Below are positions 37,601 to 41,638 of a DNA stretch of 41,638 nucleotides, one piece after another. Origin of the DNA: Proteromonas lacertae (Eukaryota). Every line of letters starts with the position of its first letter. Position 1 is the stretch's first letter. Location: assembly GCA_002245135.1 (NCBI GenBank), contig NGBS01000023.1, forward strand, positions 62,001 to 103,638, read 5' to 3'. The translations under genes were made by a program, and so were the position numbers. The notes under the pieces were generated by a model that saw nothing but the letters and a program-made list of their open reading frames with translations, was not told the origin of the DNA and did no database searches.

Positions 37601-40600
37601 CACCTATTACAAATGTTACTGATGATTCAATATAACCAACAATAACAGGTGGAGGATTTGTCACAGCTATTGTTATTGTCGTATTTATTTTACCTGCTTC
37701 ATTTGAAGCAATTATCATATATGATGATTTTGATAAATCACTGATTGGAGAAGATGTTGTATAGATTACACCATTTGTTTGATTTATTGTAAATGGAGAT
37801 GGTAATGGTGGTTCACTTTCAAATAATGTTATATGATCTGATATTAATGGTTTAGCTGATTCATATTCTTCTCCCTTTGCTATTTTAATATCTGTTGGTT
37901 GATATACTAAAAGTTTTGGAGCAGGCCAAATACCTTTCAATGTTATGGTTGTATTTTTCATTCCTAAATCATTTCTAACTGTAACTGTAAATAATTGTGC
38001 TTCAAATGGATTTTCTAATATTCCTTCTATTCTTCCAGTTCCTTGTATCATAAATAAACCAGTTGGAAGATCTGGTTCTATTGTAAATACTAAACTTGAA
38101 TCACTACTTTCAGCTGGTTTTTCTATCAATGTATATTCTGTTGCAAATACAACTACATTATCATTTGCATATTTTATATCAGGTGGTTTTCCATAAGCAA
38201 CAGCAAATGAAAATGTAAATGTTGATTCACCATCTCGATTGTATGCTTTTAATGTAAAATCACTCTTTGATAATGCTTTACTTACTCTTCCACTTAATTT
38301 ACCAGTTTTATCATCAAATGATAAACCAATATTTGTTAAGATTGATAATGGAATTATTTCATATTTTACACCTTCTTGTTTTTCTTCTACTGGAATTAAT
38401 CTCAACTGAATCTCCTATTGTATATATATATTCATTTTGAGGATAGGATATTGATTCTGGTCTTTTATATCTTAAATCTATTGATACTCTCGTTGAAGCA
38501 CAATTTTTTCCATTACAAGCATTTATAGTATATTCTGACATTTCTGAATCACTTTTGGCATTTATTACAATTATACCTGTTGTTGTATCAAACACTATTC
38601 CTATAGCTTCTAATTCAATATTTGGATTTATTTCATATGAACTAGCATGACCAACTACACTTGGAGTTAATGTTATTTTTTCACCACCTATATAAGCTAT
38701 TACATTGGATTTATTATATAAAATTGATTCTGGCTTTCCATATTCACATGTAATCTTTATTGTTACATCATCTCCTTTAGTTTCACCATTATATGCAGTT
38801 ACTGTATATTCAACATCTATATCTTCTTTTTTACATTTTCCAAATACTTCACCAGTTGCTATATCAAATATTAATCCATAATTTGTTTTTAAACCATCTA
38901 AATCATTTAATTCTAGTTTTGTTACATCAGTCTTTTCAGGTATTTCACTTGAACTTTCTACATCTATTGTAAATATCATCTTTCCTTCATTTGAATATTT
39001 TCACTACAGGTATGGCAGTCGATCCACAAGCACTTGCATCTATTATTCCCCATTTTGGAGCTTTGATTGCTTCATCAAATATACAATCTCTGGTTTTATT
39101 TTTATCATTTTCTTCTCCTATTACACATGGTATTACAGCTTTTCACCTATTTTTGTAGCTGGAAATCCTGAATCAATTGGACATGTCACATCTTTCACAA
39201 CTATATCAAATTCACTTTCAATTGTTCTTGTTCCAACTATTTCTATTGTCATATGATATGTTTTAACACTTGCATCTTCAGCTATTATACCACTTATTAT
39301 ACCACTTTCACTATCTATACTTAATCCATTTGGTAATTCTTCACTTCCATCTTTTCTTCGGAATGATAAACTCAACTCAGAATCTTTCACAAAATTTGGT
39401 TCTGCTTTTATACTTGTTTTACCTACATATCCTTCAACTGAGGAATATGTAACTGACGATGGATACCATCCTATACATTTATCTCTCTTTACTTCACTAT
39501 ATTCAACTGGTTCAACCATTGAACAATATTTATAGGTATAACCATTATAACCATTTCCACAGTTATATTGTTTTGATTCACCACCTGGAACTCCAATTCC
39601 ATATTCATCATTATCATTACATCTTTTACTACAGATTTCTATTTCATCTCCCCACATTGGTGAACCATTCATATCTAAACATTCTCTTTCATCACCTGCT
39701 TCTGTATTAAATCCACAATTTATCTTAGATTTTGTTCCTATATAGGCTGGTGACCATTTTCCATCTCTTAAACACATATTTCGACATACTGCAGGTAATA
39801 CATCAGTAAATTCACCACCACTTGATTCAGTTACAAATTCTATTCTCATTGATTTCATTGGTTTTAATGGCACTTTAGTACTAATTACATCAGGTTTATA
39901 TCTTCCATAGTTTGTACCATATTTTTCACTATTACTTCCTAATAAATAATTACCATCATTTTCATCTTCAGCATAAACACTAAATGTACCAATTTCTCTT
40001 GATGGTATATCACTTGTCTCATGATATCCTCTTACAATGTATGAATTGAAATATTGGTAATAATCTTCAGTAAAATCAAATTGTAAATAAGCATCATTAT
40101 GTGCTCCTTTAACATACATTTTAGTGCCAAGTTTACCATCAATCAAATTTTCTGCTACTTCTCTATCTTCTACTTTATCAGGTTTATACTCTTGATCTCT
40201 ATAATTTCCTTCTATTTCAGTTATTTCATATTTATCATTAATGCAACTTTCCATTCCTGATGTAATATATAATGATTTTGATATAAAACTATCTCCTTTA
40301 ACATCACTTGTAGTTCTATGAATTTCTATTGCTATTGTGTTTATTCCAATATTGAATAACGATATTGGACCTTTTATTTTTCTATTCTTCAAATCATTAT
40401 TTGATGTAGCAGGTGTTTCAGAGGTTATTTCTCCAGATGGTAAATTATATCGATAATATTCATCACCATTTATGTATAATATCATTCCTCCTTCAAATTT
40501 TAGGTTAATTATAAAACTAGATATATCATTAACAGAATCTTCATCACCAAAATCAAATTGAGTTATATAATATCTTGTTATTTTAGTCATTTCATTAAAC

Positions 40601-41638
40601 ACTGGTCCTTCTAATACTTCACCTTCTAATAATCCTTCTTTCCATGATTCACTTGTTTGAGCAACATCAGAATATGACCATTTAGTTGATGGACTTAAAT
40701 ACTTTTTGAAGTTTATATCAATTGAATTTCCTTCTTCATTTCCACCTCGATAATAATCTCTCACTATTGTTTCTTCATTATCTTCTTCATCTAACATATA
40801 TACTAATATTTCTGAGAATTTCCATGCTGTTGTTCCAGCTAAATTACCAAATGTTAATTTGTATGATCCACTTTCAAGACAATATAAATTAGAAATATCT
40901 CTTTGGCTTATTAGTGAAATGTTTGATAATAGGCTAGATGATTTCCACAAATAATAAAACGGTTTATAAGGTAATTCATCTGTACCTCTTTTTACATCAT
41001 CACTTAGCAATCTAATTTTAAATCCTTCATTTGGGCAGATTATTCCTCTGATTTCTACTTTCACTTCATCAGAATCGCCATAGTTATTTGTGGCTGTTTA
41101 TTGTTAAACTTGTGGAAATATCAGTTGATGTTAATGTACCAAATAAAGCACCTGTATTCACATCAAATTTTATACCATCTGGAAGAGCACCTATATAACT
41201 ATAGTCATTTGCACCATTATAAACTAAAACTGGACTAAATGTCATTTTCAAATTCTTCACAAATCCTAATACATTCTTATTTTCATTCAAATCTGGGTTT
41301 TTCATTTGAATGATCTTTCATTTGGAATGAATAACTATCATCACTACTAAATTCTATGTATTTAATCAACAAATCTCCATAATATAATTTCACATAACCA
41401 CTCGATGATTTACATTTGATATTCAATTTATATGTTATTGTAGAAATAATACAAGTTCCATATTTATAATTCTTATTCACTTCAGGTATTACATCATATC
41501 CTTCTGGTGGGAATATCACCAAATTATTATAACCAATTTCAAATGATACTCCTTCAGGATTAGAATTAATTTGATATTCAAATGTAAAGAACGAATTTCC
41601 AGATCCACAACCATTTATTTCAAATGTTATTGTTGATG
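34697..41638 (-). pseudogene. Giant type I membrane surface protein with Ig-like (He_PIG-type) repeats and Cys-rich HRM-like modules; six frameshifts (pseudogene or assembly error); 5' end outside the window
   Basis: Repeats such as LPSGLEIDEKTGTIEGTP..YTVTVTNSGG; CLSTGKWP and CLRDGKWS modules; RRRRIL; TM LYIIIGASCGGFVLILLLIC; the six ORFs join through 1-2 nt indels without GT-AG introns. Confidence 0.75.

Noticed and set aside
38985..41090. Euplotes-type +1 programmed frameshifting (AAA-TAA near 41085, AAA-TGA near 38992)
   Set aside because: The repeat consensus is restored by removing a base a few codons upstream. The other breaks lack the motif and one is in the opposite direction.
1..41638. 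Blastocystis-style stop codons created by polyadenylation, or a reassigned genetic code
   Set aside because: Every complete gene has an encoded TAA, TAG or TGA, and internal stops fall within introns or frameshifts.

Overview
Gene-dense, AT-rich eukaryotic nuclear DNA in the standard genetic code. Tiny GT-AG introns (about 23-40 nt) split most genes, so the ORF track fragments them; gene models were re-spliced by hand. Flagellar-type genes, ~30-nt introns and a Blastocystis-style Ig-repeat surface protein suggest a flagellated opalinatan stramenopile such as Proteromonas (inference only). In order: a WD40 plus multi-TM protein, an unknown protein, MYCBPAP fused to a catalytically degenerate phosphoglycerate kinase, an LRR protein, a lidless Hsp70, six tandem diverged paralogues of an uncharacterised family, LRRC51, a glutamate/aspartate-type mitochondrial carrier, an RNASEK-like protein, an ankyrin protein, an ER CS-domain protein, a tetraspanin-like protein, ENY2, an OFCC1-like protein, a complete hAT transposon with an 8-bp TSD, and a >2300-aa surface protein gene broken by six frameshifts. 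The most notable items are the MYCBPAP-pseudoPGK fusion, the six-gene array (stepwise intron differences, conserved C-terminal K/R-[VIL]-x-P motif) and a recurrent upstream YCGTTT/AAGCCG motif.
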